NCBI GenBank assembly: GCA_963514005.1
Contig: OY740795.1
Span: 4,960,001 to 5,024,000 of the forward strand
Origin: Raja brachyura
Taxonomy: Eukaryota
Length of the DNA stretch: 64,000 nt
Direction: 5' to 3'
Position numbers and translations under genes: made by a program. Below the pieces are notes generated by a model. That model was not told the origin of the DNA, searched no databases, and saw only the letters and a program-made list of their open reading frames with translations. This document shows positions 13,235-25,645 of this stretch, in pieces (the stretch's first letter is position 1; every line of letters starts with the position of its first letter).

Positions 13235-13552
13235 CTTTCGTGATCCGGATGCTTCGCTTCAGGATAGATTGTGAAGGGAGGTGCGTGGCTACACATGAGT
13301 ATGTTGCTCCTTTCTTCCAATCGGCTGGTGTCAAAAAGAGAAGGCTCTTTGCGCTGAACGTCTTGTCCTGTTCCAGCGCCGCGGGGATGTTGGTAGCGTT
13401 AGAGCGGAATGCGGCTCCGTCTTTCTCCCAGGATACAGTCATATCGTTTGGATAGAATTCTGTGATCAAACATGTCAGTGTCGCGGTGTTAGCACTTTGA
13501 ATCTCCTCCGGAGATGGCGGCAAGAGACGGATTGTTGGTTGCACTGGTTTGG
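13235..13552 (-). CDS. IgNAR: IgNAR constant domain C3 exon
   Basis: cctag acceptor, GTAAAG donor, 318 nt. AKPVQPTIRLLPPSPEEIQSANTATLTCLI...ALEQDKTFS...YSCVATH...RITK. Confidence 0.95.
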
Positions 13553-14951
13553 CTAGGAGGGAAAGTAAAGCAGCATTATACTTCCAATGATTGATTGTTC
13601 CGTTCCGGGACACATGACAATAAACCACTCTTGACACTTGACAGCAGTGATGAAATGACGCTCTATATATTTAGGGAGCCAGGGAGGTTACCCACGGCTA
13701 CACAAGGAACATATCAGTGAAAGTAGGCAGATAATTAATAGAAGGAGTTCAACCCTGACGAATGAGACTAGATGCATTTTGGGAAATAATAGCGCTGGGC
13801 GACATATACGGTAGGTGATGTCATTGAGGAATGTTGATGATGTCAAAGACTTTAACGTTAAAGTTCAGTTTCTCGAAAGTAGCGACTCGGATAGACAGTA
13901 CAGGGGAGTGTGGCTTAGCTGTTTTCATCGGTTAGGGCATACAAGTTGGAAAATTATATACCAACTTTCCAAAATACATTATAGGTACATGTTAGGCGAC
14001 GCTTGGAATATAGATGGCAGTTCTTGGCGCCACGCAGTAGGACGGACATCACAGCGCGGGACAGAGCGCAGATGAAATGCACCGGATGTTGCCTTAATTA
14101 GCGGACTTTAGTTATTGGGGGAGGTTTGTTAGGTCTGGTTTGTCTTCGATGAAGTAAAAGAGCAGAGGCTGAGATGATAACGGCATATAACATAGAGAGA
14201 AACACAGTATGGATAAACATTCAAAAGGCTTCCCCCTCGCTGTTGCATCAATACGAAAGGATAATTAGTGTTTTGCGTGCTCTGGTTCCACTTTGCAAAG
14301 ACGGAGCACTGCTAGTTTGATCGGCCATTGAAAATATCTGGAGTATGAAAGTGGGCGGTAGATGAGTTATTGATGCTGTGGCCAAATAAAATAGATTTAG
14401 TGTAGAAGTAGTGTCAATAATGATCAGCTCACTTTGGTGCTCAGTTGCCCGAAAGGCCCGATGCTATGCGGTAGGACTCAATTAATTGATCAAACACTTA
14501 AGTTCAACAAAACTTTAGAAACATCACGGGGCACCGTGGCGCAGCTGGTGGAACTGCTTCCTCGGAGTGCCAGAGCCCGAGTTAGATCCCTTGCGTTTGT
14601 AGGTTAATTGGCCTTTGTAAACATTGCCCCAAGTGTGTTGGAAATGTATGCGGATATGGGATAACAGAGAACAAGTGTTACCGGATGATCGGTGGTCAAC
14701 GTGGATTGGGCAGACCTAGCGGTGTTTCGATGCTGTCCATCTATACGAACTAAATTATAGCTGAATCGATTGATAATTTCCCACTTTCGGCCTGACCACC
14801 CCCCAACTCAGTTTTTACCACCCCCCCCCCCCCCCCCCACCCACCCAACTCATCTTCATGCATGCTTACTCTGTAATGTGACTTCCATTAGTTTTCTTGC
14901 TAGGTCAGTATGTATACCGTTTTGCATTTGCATTGTTGTTATTGCACGAAC

Positions 14952-15254
14952 CTTTAGCCTTCCGTGTCCGCTGTGATACCGGAGTAGCTGAATGATGGTC
15001 CCGCGCCGAGCACGAGTACTCCACTCCGCTGTCCCATTCTGCGAGGTTGCTGGTCAAGCGGCCGATCGTCAGGTACTGGTTCCCGGCCTTGGTTGCTTGA
15101 TCGGCTTGAATACCAGCAACTCTTTCCTTTCCATCCACTGTCCAAGAGATCGCAACTTCAGTCGGAGCTGTGGAGATCACTTCGCAGACCAGTGTCGCAG
15201 TTTTGTTGATCCAAATTTCTTCGACGGTGGGATCTCTGAGAAGTATTGCGAGGT
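14952..15254 (-). CDS. IgNAR: IgNAR constant domain C2 exon
   Basis: ttgccag acceptor, GTTCGT donor, 303 nt. DLAILLRDPTVEEIWINKTATLVCEV...EWDSGVEYSCSA...RTRKAK; LLRDPTVEEIW is characteristic of IgNAR C2. Confidence 0.95.
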
Positions 15255-15647
15255 CTGGCAATGACATTGAGACAGTGATTTATTGGTGGCGAATCAGATA
15301 TTAGGCAAGAAGCTCAATTTCAACCGTTTTAGATTTGCAGGTGTATCAGAGATTATGGGGAGAGGGCGGGAGAATTGGGTTAGGAGGGGGAGATAGATCA
15401 ACCATCTATGGCGGACTAGACTTGATGGGCCGAACGGCCTAATTGTGCTCCTATTACTTATGATCTTATGAGATCATGATTTCACAAGTAAAGGGTTACA
15501 TGCTAACAACTTAACATAGCATTTATTTATTAACTTCGTGCATGAGTCGCCATTCTGTGTGTATTTGAGTTACGTCATAACTATTCAAATATTGAGGTTG
15601 TAAGTATCTATGAATATTTCATCTATGAATGAACGGGCACCCTTTAC

Positions 15648-15965
15648 CTGACGTCGTTTGAATGTCTTTTTGGACGGTGCTGCCGGTTGCAGAATGGGAT
15701 ACTTGGCAGGAGTATCGGGAACCGCTGGCCCAATCGTTAAACTGCACTTTGAACACACTAGTCGAGGTAAACGTTCCGTCTGCAGTTTCAGCTGGGGGCG
15801 CAGTGGTAAAACCGGATGCGGCCTGTCCGTTTTTCAGCCAGTTCACCCTGATGTCTTGGGGCTGATATTCGCCGATGAGACAAATCAGTTCGACTAAACC
15901 CTTTGCCTTTTGTTCGTCAGATGCAGAGTAGAGGAGGTTGATGATTGGTGGCGTCGGTTTTTTTC
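15648..15965 (-). CDS. IgNAR: IgNAR constant domain C1 exon
   Basis: ttcag acceptor, GTAAAG donor, 318 nt, phase 1-1. GKKPTPPIINLLYSASDEQKAKGLVELICLI...W...YSCQVSHSATGSTVQKDIQTTS resembles shark IgNAR C1. Confidence 0.95.
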
Positions 15966-18289
15966 CTGAAATTAACAACATTAAACTTCATTGGACAGCA
16001 ATGCTCAGATATTTTCTACCTTGCCTTGCTCAATATTCACCCTCAGCCAACTCGCAATCCGTATGATTACACCAGTCTCTGTTTTTTGTGACATTCTGCT
16101 GGTCATTAAACATCGAAAATGTGTCCCACATGTAAACAATGGCGACATATCAATAACTCAGTTATAGCTGTGACAGGTTGGCTATGAGATAGGGGTGAAA
16201 CGAAATTTAGGCGTCTCATTTAGTATATAGAAATTATTACCTGCAGTTAATTGCCATTTAATTATCTTATAATTTCTATGAAAATTCACCTAAAGTACTA
16301 TCTAGAAAATACGATTAACTTACAGTAAAAATCAAAGATTGGTAAAAACTAAGTTTTATAGGATCACCACGAATCAAGGCCGTGACCTTGACCAGAGAGA
16401 TATAGAGAGACACGACACGTAACTAGTCCTTGGGGCTGTCACGTGCACACCATCCATTTTCACACGAAATCGTTTTAATTCACCCTACATTCTCATCAAC
16501 TCCCCGCTCCCACCATCCCTGCATTCTGCCACAATGGACAATTCACAGTGCACAATGGGGAACATTTTGAGCAGACTCAGGCAATCACAGAAAGCATATG
16601 TAAACTCCACGGAGAGAACACTGTGAGTTAACATCGAATCCGGGCCCCTGAAACTGCTCTTCCAGCTGCATTATCGTACCTCCCACTACCTGCTTCTGAG
16701 AAGGACGAACAGTGAACTAATCCAACCCCATTTTCTCTTTGTGAAATCGTTGTGAAGTGCAAACACCATATCTTCAAGTATACTAAGAAGATTTCAGCAT
16801 TATCCAGCCTGTACACTTAACTATGGCCGCTGTGACTGTGTGAGGCGGGAAACAGATGAGATACGCGAGTATGTTGCCAGAATTCGAAATTATTATTTAT
16901 AACAAACGAGGCTACGTGGATTCCTTCGGGTTGAGGCGGTATTTCCAGCTTGAATGGATAGTTTTGAGTGTCGTGAGAGATTAATTCGGGTGAACCTGGG
17001 TATGTGGACGTTGGCGTTATTTGGCTGGACCAGCAGCTGTCATCCAAGACCATTGATGTGGCCTCATTGATTCGATTCTGAACATACCAATTTAAATTTA
17101 ACAATCTAAATTACCTTCTTTTAAAAATACCAGTCCTCTAACTGGAACTAAGGGTTTTTGCTAAAAAAACATTCGTTCAATAATATCCTTCAAGGAAAGA
17201 TGTATTTCCGCCATATTTACTCCTCTGCCTTTCATTTGGCAACAGCCGCCAATTAATTGTCTTTTAATTGCTTCCGTCATTCCCAAGCAAGTACTGATGT
17301 CTGATTAATATCCAAATCAGCACCAATGTTCACCTAACATGAACGTACATTAAAAAATGTAGGAGATGTGTTGGTTTTAATTTTCAAAATCTCACTTGAT
17401 TCTGAGGAAGTTCAATTAGTAGAAAATGACCGAAACTGGCTCATTTCCTGAAAAAACGAGGTAGACAATAAAAGGGAAGTTTGCTACTTATTTAAGCCTC
17501 TGTTACAGTGAAAATGTTAGGAGCTATTGTCAAATACGGTATTGACGTGCTCAGAAAAAAATCAAGGTAATCAGCATGATTTGGTGAAAGTGCATCATTT
17601 TGACCAATTTATTTGAGTTATAGGAAGGCGTGGTGAACAAAGAATCAGTGAGCGCACTTCCCTTGAAATTTTTTTTAAAGATTCAGCGAGGAAAGAGGGA
17701 TTTCGGCTCACGGAGTCCGAGTCCATCGGCCACCTTTTCACGCTCATCCTGTGTTATCCCATTGTTTTCATCCATTATTTGCACATTATGGCCAATTTAC
17801 TGAAGCCAATTAATCTACAAAGAGACGAGGTTTTGGAATGTAGTTTGTTCAGGTTTCCAGACATTGCTGCTGAAGTGAAAATACTGTGGCCAATCTTGAA
17901 ACGGCTGCTGAAAATATATTCTACATGAGAATTATGCAATAGGGTTTTTAGAATGGAGGAATCGTTTTCTTGTAGTTATTTTCTGATACCTGAATCGCGA
18001 TGGCCATTGTTTTAGCTACTTAGCTATTAATTACATAGGTGAACAAATTGTCTGTAAAACAACACCAAGAAGCTGTCGCACATGCATTTTCACTACATGA
18101 ACTTCCAGAAGGCATTTGACCCATGGTGCAGTAATGATTACTGTGGAAACTAAAAGCTCATGCTACATCATATTGCAGGAAAAGTGTTCCCCATGTTGGG
18201 AGAATCCAGAACCAGCGGTCACAGTTTAAGAATAAGGGGTAGGCCATTTAGGACTGAGTTGATTAAATACGTTTTCAGCCAGAGAGCTG

Positions 18290-18421
18290 GGGGTGGGAGA
18301 TTGCCTTCACGTGGTCCGCCCTGTTTCGACTAATGCAATCAACTCGACGTGTACAAACACGATAAAATCGAACACGTTGACCTACAACTTTACGCTGAGC
18401 ACGCCATACGCAAGAGGAAAA
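18290..18421 (+). mobile_element. ~135-bp SINE-like retroposon with AAG-type tail, copy 1 (inside a CR1 fragment)
   Basis: TSD AGCCAGAGAG(C/T)TG on both sides; homologous to 37957-38095. Confidence 0.75.
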
Positions 18422-21400
18422 AGCCAGAGAGTTGTGAATTTGTCGAATTATGTGCCACAGAAGGCAATTGAGGCTAATTTACTGCATGTCTTCAAGAGAG
18501 AGTTAGATATAGCTCCGAGGGTTAACGGAATCAAGAGATATGGGGAGAAAACAAGAACACGGTACAGATTCTGGATGGGCAGCCATGATTGGATTGAATG
18601 GCGGTGCTGGCTCGAAGGGCCGAATGGCCTAATCTTGCACCTATTTTCTATGTTTCTTTGTTTCTATATTAATGTAGATGAAAGATTGGATTGCTAACGC
18701 GAAGTAGAAATTAGGCAGAGATGATTAATTTGTTTCTGGTGAGTTGGTGGCAAGGATGATCAGCGATAAGGATAGATGCTAAGGCTTCAGCTGGGCGAAG
18801 GCACCGAGGATATATGGGGAGAGACACAGCTTAGAAACTGTGTTAACAATCAACCAGTCATTTACATTTATTCTACTCTGTGAGAAAAGGGTTAACAGAC
18901 ATGGTTGATTTAAACTAGGGATAGAAAAATATAGCTTATAATGAACTAAGGTGCCAGCAGAAACCAGACTGCTAGTAGAATAGAAAGTAACGATATATAG
19001 AACAGAGAGAAATTCGAGATAAAAAGTAACAAACAGATAGAAACTTCAGTATAAGCCTTTGACGTCAGGAGATGTTCCGAGACGTTCCTGGAATTTCTCG
19101 TGGGAATGTGGGCATTATGTTATAATTAAAAAGAGGCAAAATGGTGAGAAAAGAGGGTGTGGCTATAATGTAATGAAATGTATAAAGATAGAATACATGA
19201 CGACCCTCGGGGTGCCTCTAGGGGACAGCAAAGGAGAGGCGCCTATTCTGCAGAATATTATCTTAATAAAAACTTATTTGCCTGACTTTGTCTCTAAAAC
19301 GTTTGTGATTTTTTTTAATATCTCACATACTCTAATCCATTTCGTTTATTCTCCCAGCGTTCCCATCAACTCCCCTCAGATTTTACCACTCATGTAAGCA
19401 CAAGGGCGCAATTACAGTTACCAATTAACCTGCGAGATATAGGAAGGAACTGGAGGACCCGGAGAAAACCTACTCGGTCGCAGGGAGACCGTGCAATCTT
19501 TACACAGACAGCGTCCGAGGTGAGATTCGAACCCGGGCTGTAAAAGGCCAGAGGAACTATCATAATGTTACCGTTTATTGTAAATGAACAGAAATGGGCA
19601 GGTCATAGTTCAGTTATGTACAAATACATAAGCAAATACAACGAGCACCGCTTATTACTGTACTGTTCTTGTTACTAAACCACAGATGGGGAATATATCA
19701 CTTCAAACGGAGCACCTTAAACATGAAAGTAAAACACACCCTCACGAGTTACATCTGGCAGAGATTAATTAATTTGATGCAGTACCTGGAATGGACGGGC
19801 TGCCTTGTGAAAGAAGGATAGAGTCATATCGCACGGACACAGCTCTTCGGCCCAACTAGTTCATACCGACCAAGATGGCCCTATGAAGCGAGGCCCATTT
19901 GCCCTTGTTTGGTCCATGTTCCTCTAACCCTTCCTAATTTGTGTCCCTGTCAAAGTGGCATTTGAATGCTGTGAGATTACCTGCTTGAACTACCTTCTCT
20001 GGAAGCTCGGTCCATTGACTCACGATCCTCTTTGAAAATAATGCCCTTCAGGTTCCTGTTAAATGTTGCCGCTGTCAAATTAAACCTATGTCCTTGTTCT
20101 TGATTCACCTACCCCTAGAATAAGATTCCGTGCATTCACCCTATCTATTTTCCTCATGATTGATCACACTATGTAAGATGACCGTTTAATCTTCTATGCT
20201 CCAAGGAATAAAGTCCAAGCCTGCCCAATATTTCCCTATACCGCAGGCGCCGAGGTAACCTGAGGTGTCCCGGTAACATCGTGGTGAGAACAGATTGGGC
20301 AGTCTAGACTTGTACGCGATGTCGTTTAGAAGGGTGAGAACCGACCTGATAAGAACTTTTAAGAACGAGAGGTGGTGATGCGGTAGACGTGGAAAGGGCA
20401 CACTGCTAGTGGGAGAAATCTGTAATCTGAGAGAACTGCTTATAAATAACGGGTCGCCCATTTAAAACCGAGAGGATGGAGGCAGTTGACATTTTGTTTC
20501 TCCTCTCCCTTAGGTTTGCACATCTTTGTATCTCCCTTCCTCAAAGAGTAGAAGCAGGTCCTTTGCATATTGATAACACTTGCTAAGTAAAGTGCTAAAT
20601 GATAATTACAGGTAAATCAGGGAGTCGAGTAGAGTTTAGAATTAGAATTAGATTAGACATACAGGTAAATGGCAGGGTAGATATAAGGGAGGAATTACGT
20701 ACTCATTTGTAAAGATTACAGAGTGGTGGATTAACTCAGAGAGAAAGATAGCACTTCTGGAGGACATGGATAGGTGAAGTTTCTTGCTCGGACCCTTCTT
20801 CAGCCCGAGTAACTAATTAGTCTGAAGAATAGTCCCAACCCAAAACGTCGTCCATCCGTGTCCAGAGATGCCGCCTGACACGTTCAAGGTAGGGTTGGGG
20901 AGCTGACGTCGGTGGTATCATGGAAGGTAACTGCTTTAATGTATTCTTGGAGAGGAAACATGGTCAGATTTTACATCCCTACTGCAATCATGGGCCATGT
21001 TCTATCGATTAATTGCACTTAAGATCACGTGCTTATAATTTCAATTTAGATTTTTGCTTGAGATTTTAATGTTGAAAGCGGAGATAGCAGAGTCAAAGGA
21101 TATGGGTAGAAAGCAGGAACGAGGTACTGATTGTGGATGATCAGCCATGATCACATTGAATGGTGGTGCTGACTCGAAGGGCCGAATGGCCTACTCCTGC
21201 ACCTATTGTCTATTGTCTATCGTCTATTGTCTATTATCTATTGAAACTAAATACATTCACGTTTCCAAAAAAAGAGATAAAAAAGAAAAAATGTTGAATT
21301 TCGAGAGGAATAATGCAGGAACAATTATTTTATAAGCATTTAAACATAAAGAAGGGCGCATAAAATATGAATGTGGTCAAAATTATTTGGATACACCAGT

Positions 21401-21639
21401 ACCCTCAAGTGGAATCTTCGGCGAAACGCAAAGTACTGGAGGAACTCGTAGCATCTGTTAAAGGAATGGACGGACGACATTTCGGACGGAGACCCTTCCC
21501 CAGAGTCTTCTTTGGACTCAGAAAAAGCGGCCCTACCCGAAACACTGTCGGTCCATTCACTCCACGGATGTTTCCAGACTCGATGAGTTCTTCCAGCACT
21601 TTGTGTTTAGATCAAATTATTTACAGGGACGAAGACGTA

Positions 21640-21935
21640 CGTGGCACAGCGGTAGAGCTGCAGCCTTACAGGGCGTGCAGCGCCAGAGACCCGGGTTCGA
21701 TCCCGACTTTGGGTGCTGTTTGTACGGAGTTTGTACGTTCTCCCGTGACCACGTGGGCTTTCTCCAAGATCTTCGGTTTCCTCCTACACTCAAGAGACGT
21801 ACAGGCTTGAAGAATAATTTGCTTGGTTTAAGTGCAAATTGTCCCTAATGTCTGAAAGGATGCGCGGGGATCACTAGTCGGTGCGTTGGGCCGAAGGGCC
21901 TGTTTCCGCGCTGTATCTATAAACTAGAAACTAAA
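21640..21935 (+). mobile_element. tRNA-derived SINE (HE1/V-SINE-like)
   Basis: A box TGGCACAGCGG, B box GGTTCGATCC, CR1-like tail GGGCCGAAGGGCCTGTTTCC..CTAAA. Related copies at ~1-72, ~5995-6215, ~7795-8115, ~14527-14757, ~19330-19545, ~43090-43260. Confidence 0.8.
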
Positions 21936-22387
21936 TGCAATAATTACGTTGTTTCGAGGGTGTCATAATAGCGTCAGAAAATGGCATATTTTTTCTCTGT
22001 TTTGGGGATGAATGCTCTGTTTTTTTTTTTAATTTCAGCTAATGTACAAAGTAATATTGGTGTTATTGTTACATATTTTTCTCATGATTATTTCTCTGGA
22101 ATTGTTACGCTACCATGCTGCGAACTACATTCTGCAGTTTGTGCCATTCCATTCGCTCTACCCATTGTACTTGAGTTGCCTTGATTGTATTCATGTCTGG
22201 CGTTATGTGATTGGATTGGATAGCATTCAAACAAAAATATTTCACAGTACCTTGCTACACGATAAAAATAAGAGCTAAAAGATAAACATATTCAATCTCT
22301 ATAGTAAACCCCGTTGCTCAGCAATCTGTGTATTGCAAAATGCAGTTTAACATTCTCCTTCGATATCACGAGTTTTATATATATATA

Positions 22388-24010
22388 CTAGACCAACGCG
22401 CGGTTGCGGGGGCTGTGGCGTCACGAACACACTAACTATCGTCCGCACACACAGGGGAGAAAGGGGGGGGGGAGAGGAGGGGGGGCGAGGGGAAAGTGGG
22501 AGGGGTGTAGCGAAGGGAGTGGGGGATGGGGAGGGGGAGGGGGAGGGGAGTGGGTGAAGGGAGTGGGTGAGGGGAGTGGGGAGAGAGGAGGGGGAGATGG
22601 GGAAAGTGGAGGGGGTGAGAGTGGGGTGTAGGGGAGTGGGAGGAGAAGGAGGGAAGGGAGGTAGGGGGGATTGGGAGAGGGGGAGATGTAGGGGCAGAGG
22701 GGGCAGAGGGGGGGGGAGTGGGGTGTGGAGAGAGAGGAGGGGGAGAGAGGGGGGTGGGGAGAGTAGGATAATACGAGTTTTATATATATACTAGACCAAG
22801 GGGGACCCGTTGGGTCCCGTCCCCTGAACGTGCGGCTGCGGGGGCTGCGGCGTCACGCACACACTAACCATCGCTCGCACACACAGGGGGGGGGGGAGGG
22901 GGAGGTAGAGGAGGGGGGGCGGTGGGAAAGTGGGAGGGGAGTAGCGGAGGGGAATGGGGGATGGGAATGGGGAGGGGGAGGGGAGTGGGTGAAGGGAGTG
23001 TGTGAGGGGACTGGGAAGAGAGGAGGGGGGCGATGGGGGAAAGTGGAGGGGGTGAGAGTGGGGTGTGGGGGAGTGGGAGGAGAGGGAGAGAGGAGGGGGA
23101 GAGACGGGGAGTGGAGGGAGTGGGCGTTGTTGGGGGGAGATGGGGACTGGAGGGGGGCAGAGGCGGGATGGTTAGAGAGAGGAGGGGGGGCATAGGGGAG
23201 CGAGAGGGGGAGAGTGGGGAGTGGGGGAGAGGGGGAGGGAGGGCAGGGGAGGTGAGAGGGGACAGGGGGAGGTGGAGGGAAGGGGCAGGGGGGGGAAGGG
23301 GCAGAGGGGGGAAGGGGGCGAGAAAGGAGGGGATAGACGGGCAGGAAGGGGGACAGAGGGGAAGTGCGGGAGTTGGGGGAAGGTATGGGGAAGGGGTGGA
23401 GGGGGGAAGGGAGAGAGCAGGGGGATTGGAGGGGAGGGGAGTGGGGCTGGATGGGAGGGGGAGAAAGGAAGGGGAGGGGGCAAACGGAGGGGAGGGAATC
23501 GGATTGGAGGGGAGGGGAGTGTAGGGCTGGAGGGGGGCAGGGGGATTATAGGGGAGGGGAGTGTGGGGCTGGAGGGGGGCAGAGGGGGGAGGGGAGAGAG
23601 AAAGGGAAGAGATGGGGAGGAAGGGGGGAGAGAGAGGGGGGAGCGAGGGAGGAGAGGGGAGGAGGGGGCGAGGGGGGTGAGGAGGAGGGGGGCGGCAAAG
23701 AGGAAGGGGAGAGGTGGAAGGGTATGGGGAGTGGAGGGGGGGTAGAGAGGGGGGCATAGAGAGGGAGAGAGAGGAGTGGGAGAGAGGGGTAGAGGTGGGG
23801 TGATAGAGGTGGGGAAGAGGGGAGGGGAGGGGCGTGAGGGAGAGGGCGGGAGGAGGGGTAGCGAGGAGAGGGGAGAGAAGGAGGGAGAAGAGGGGAGGAT
23901 GTGAGAAGAGGAGGGGGGGGGTGATGTGGAGGAGAGCCCGGCGAGTGAGTGGGCAGCGAAAAGCAGTGAGAGAGATAACAGGCATCACATACAAGAAAGC
24001 ACATCGTAAA
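22388..24010 (-). mobile_element. Helitron-like non-autonomous element ends (tandem) with long G-rich low-complexity body
   Basis: On - strand, hairpin GGGACCC-AAC-GGGTCCC (22802-22818) followed by CTAG|T (22791-22794) in a (TA)n run. Second CTAG end at 22388-22391 lacks the hairpin. 5' end probably lost in the gap. Confidence 0.6.
22454..23925 (+). repeat. Purine/G-rich low-complexity tract (GGGA/GGGGA-type units)
   Basis: Near-continuous G/A runs; source of the spurious Pro-, Gly- and Arg-rich ORFs. Confidence 0.95.
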
Positions 24011-24259
24011 NNNNNNNNNNNNNNNNNNNNNNNNNNNNNNNNNNNNNNNNNNNNNNNNNNNNNNNNNNNNNNNNNNNNNNNNNNNNNNNNNNNNNNNNNN
24101 NNNNNNNNNNNNNNNNNNNNNNNNNNNNNNNNNNNNNNNNNNNNNNNNNNNNNNNNNNNNNNNNNNNNNNNNNNNNNNNNNNNNNNNNNNNNNNNNNNNN
24201 NNNNNNNNNNNNNNNNNNNNNNNNNNNNNNNNNNNNNNNNNNNNNNNNNNNNNNNNNNN
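24011..24259. other. Assembly gap in the J-C1 intron
   Basis: Run of N. Confidence 1.
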
Positions 24260-25252
24260 ATTCGATGCCGTGAGCTACTCAGAAGCAATGACATGTCTTC
24301 CATTAAACTGTGCAATGCAACTTATCTTCTGATCGATTGTAATACGTTGTGAATTGACCGAGAAACATTTGGTTAGGGGAGGATAGAACCAGGATATTTT
24401 TATGTCCTGTTTTGTGAATGCTGCATTGAGCATGTTATTATATTCAGTGCATCTTCTTCGTTTATATGTAGAACTATATTTAACACACCACGAAAAACCT
24501 CGAACACTCCGTATATCAACGCTGAAATAGAACCGGCATGATCACTTGCATTAGCGACTGAAAACTTGAAAGTATATCACCAGCTGCTTTATTTTGAGCT
24601 AAACGCGCGGAATGAAATTATAAGTCATGTTTTTAATTTCTGAAGAGCAGATTATTTCCCCCATTGCAGAAAGTAAACATATTTTTCCCAACGAAGGTCT
24701 GCTTGGCAATTCCCCTGACTATAAGTTGACGAAATGCTGTTTAAATGTCTATTGATTTCAGTCTTCACTGGCGCTCAATGCCCATTCAAGGTTTTATGTC
24801 ACCCGCACCAAAACAAACACAGACTCCTCATTTGAGAGTCCATGTTTCCTATGTATAAACCTATAATGGTCGCGCCTGTTAGTTAATTCAAACTCCAATA
24901 TGTCAACATATAAATACCTATTTTGATAATTATACTGCAACAACTGTTATCGGGTACGTTATCGGGGGTTGTAACGAGAAGTGGTGTACGAGGAAAATTT
25001 GTGGATTTCGTTTTGCAAAATTACATTTTTGTTGAGTTACCCTTTGGACCAGTTGAGGAATGTAATATCATGTTTATATTTAAGCCAACTAAACTGACAG
25101 AGAATAAATCCAATATTCCAAAAATACACTATCATTCACAATTCACACCAGTTAATTGATAATCTAAACCATTCTTATCACTTGAGCGACAAAAAAACCC
25201 AACGGAATACCAAAGTGAAAGTATTAAAATATCCCAAAAAAAGGTCACTTAC

Positions 25253-25293
25253 CAGGTTTCACAGTCAGCGTTGTGCCAGCTCCATACTAGTCA
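25253..25293 (-). CDS. IgNAR: IgNAR J segment, D-*-YGAGTTLTVKP, with an in-frame TAG near its 5' end
   Basis: T GAC TAG TAT GGA GCT GGC ACA ACG CTG ACT GTG AAA CCT G|GTAAGT. YGxGT motif; phase-1 donor matches C1. Confidence 0.95.
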
Positions 25294-25332
25294 CACAGTG
25301 ATTCACTTCCTCGTAAGCCCAGGACAAACATT
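25294..25332 (-). other. J 5' recombination signal (23-bp spacer)
   Basis: Plus-strand CACAGTG (25294-25300), 23-nt spacer, ACAAACATT (25324-25332). Confidence 0.88.
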
Positions 25333-25645
25333 GTAATTAAAGATAAGGTGTTGCAATAGGTTCTCCAAAATGATATAACTACAAAAAAAAATTGATGCGT
25401 TGCGGTCGGTAAAATCATTCGTTGTTTCCTTCAGTGTTCATCCTTATGATCTTAACTTTTCCCCTGATCGTTATATATTGCAATACCATGTCGTGTGGTC
25501 GGGAAAACGGAATTCCGTTGATTCAAGAGGGGGAATGTGGTTACATTGGAAACAAAGAAGAAAATTTAATTTGACACCATATCCAACAATATCTGTGAGC
25601 ATAAAGACCCCATTCACGGATGGGGCACCAATACACTGCTGAAGA

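Noticed and set aside
14926-14933. Second perfect octamer just 3' of C2
   Set aside because: Isolated 8-mer, expected by chance in 64 kb, with no supporting motif cluster.
15619-15981. Assignment of the C exons to IgW or IgM
   Set aside because: Five C domains, IgNAR-specific motifs and a CDR2-less V all indicate IgNAR.
21640-21710. tRNA gene
   Set aside because: A/B boxes belong to a SINE head followed by SINE body and tail; many decayed copies are present.
22404-24352. Long Pro-, Gly- and Arg-rich ORFs (up to 483 aa)
   Set aside because: Artefacts of a stop-free G-rich low-complexity tract and an N gap.
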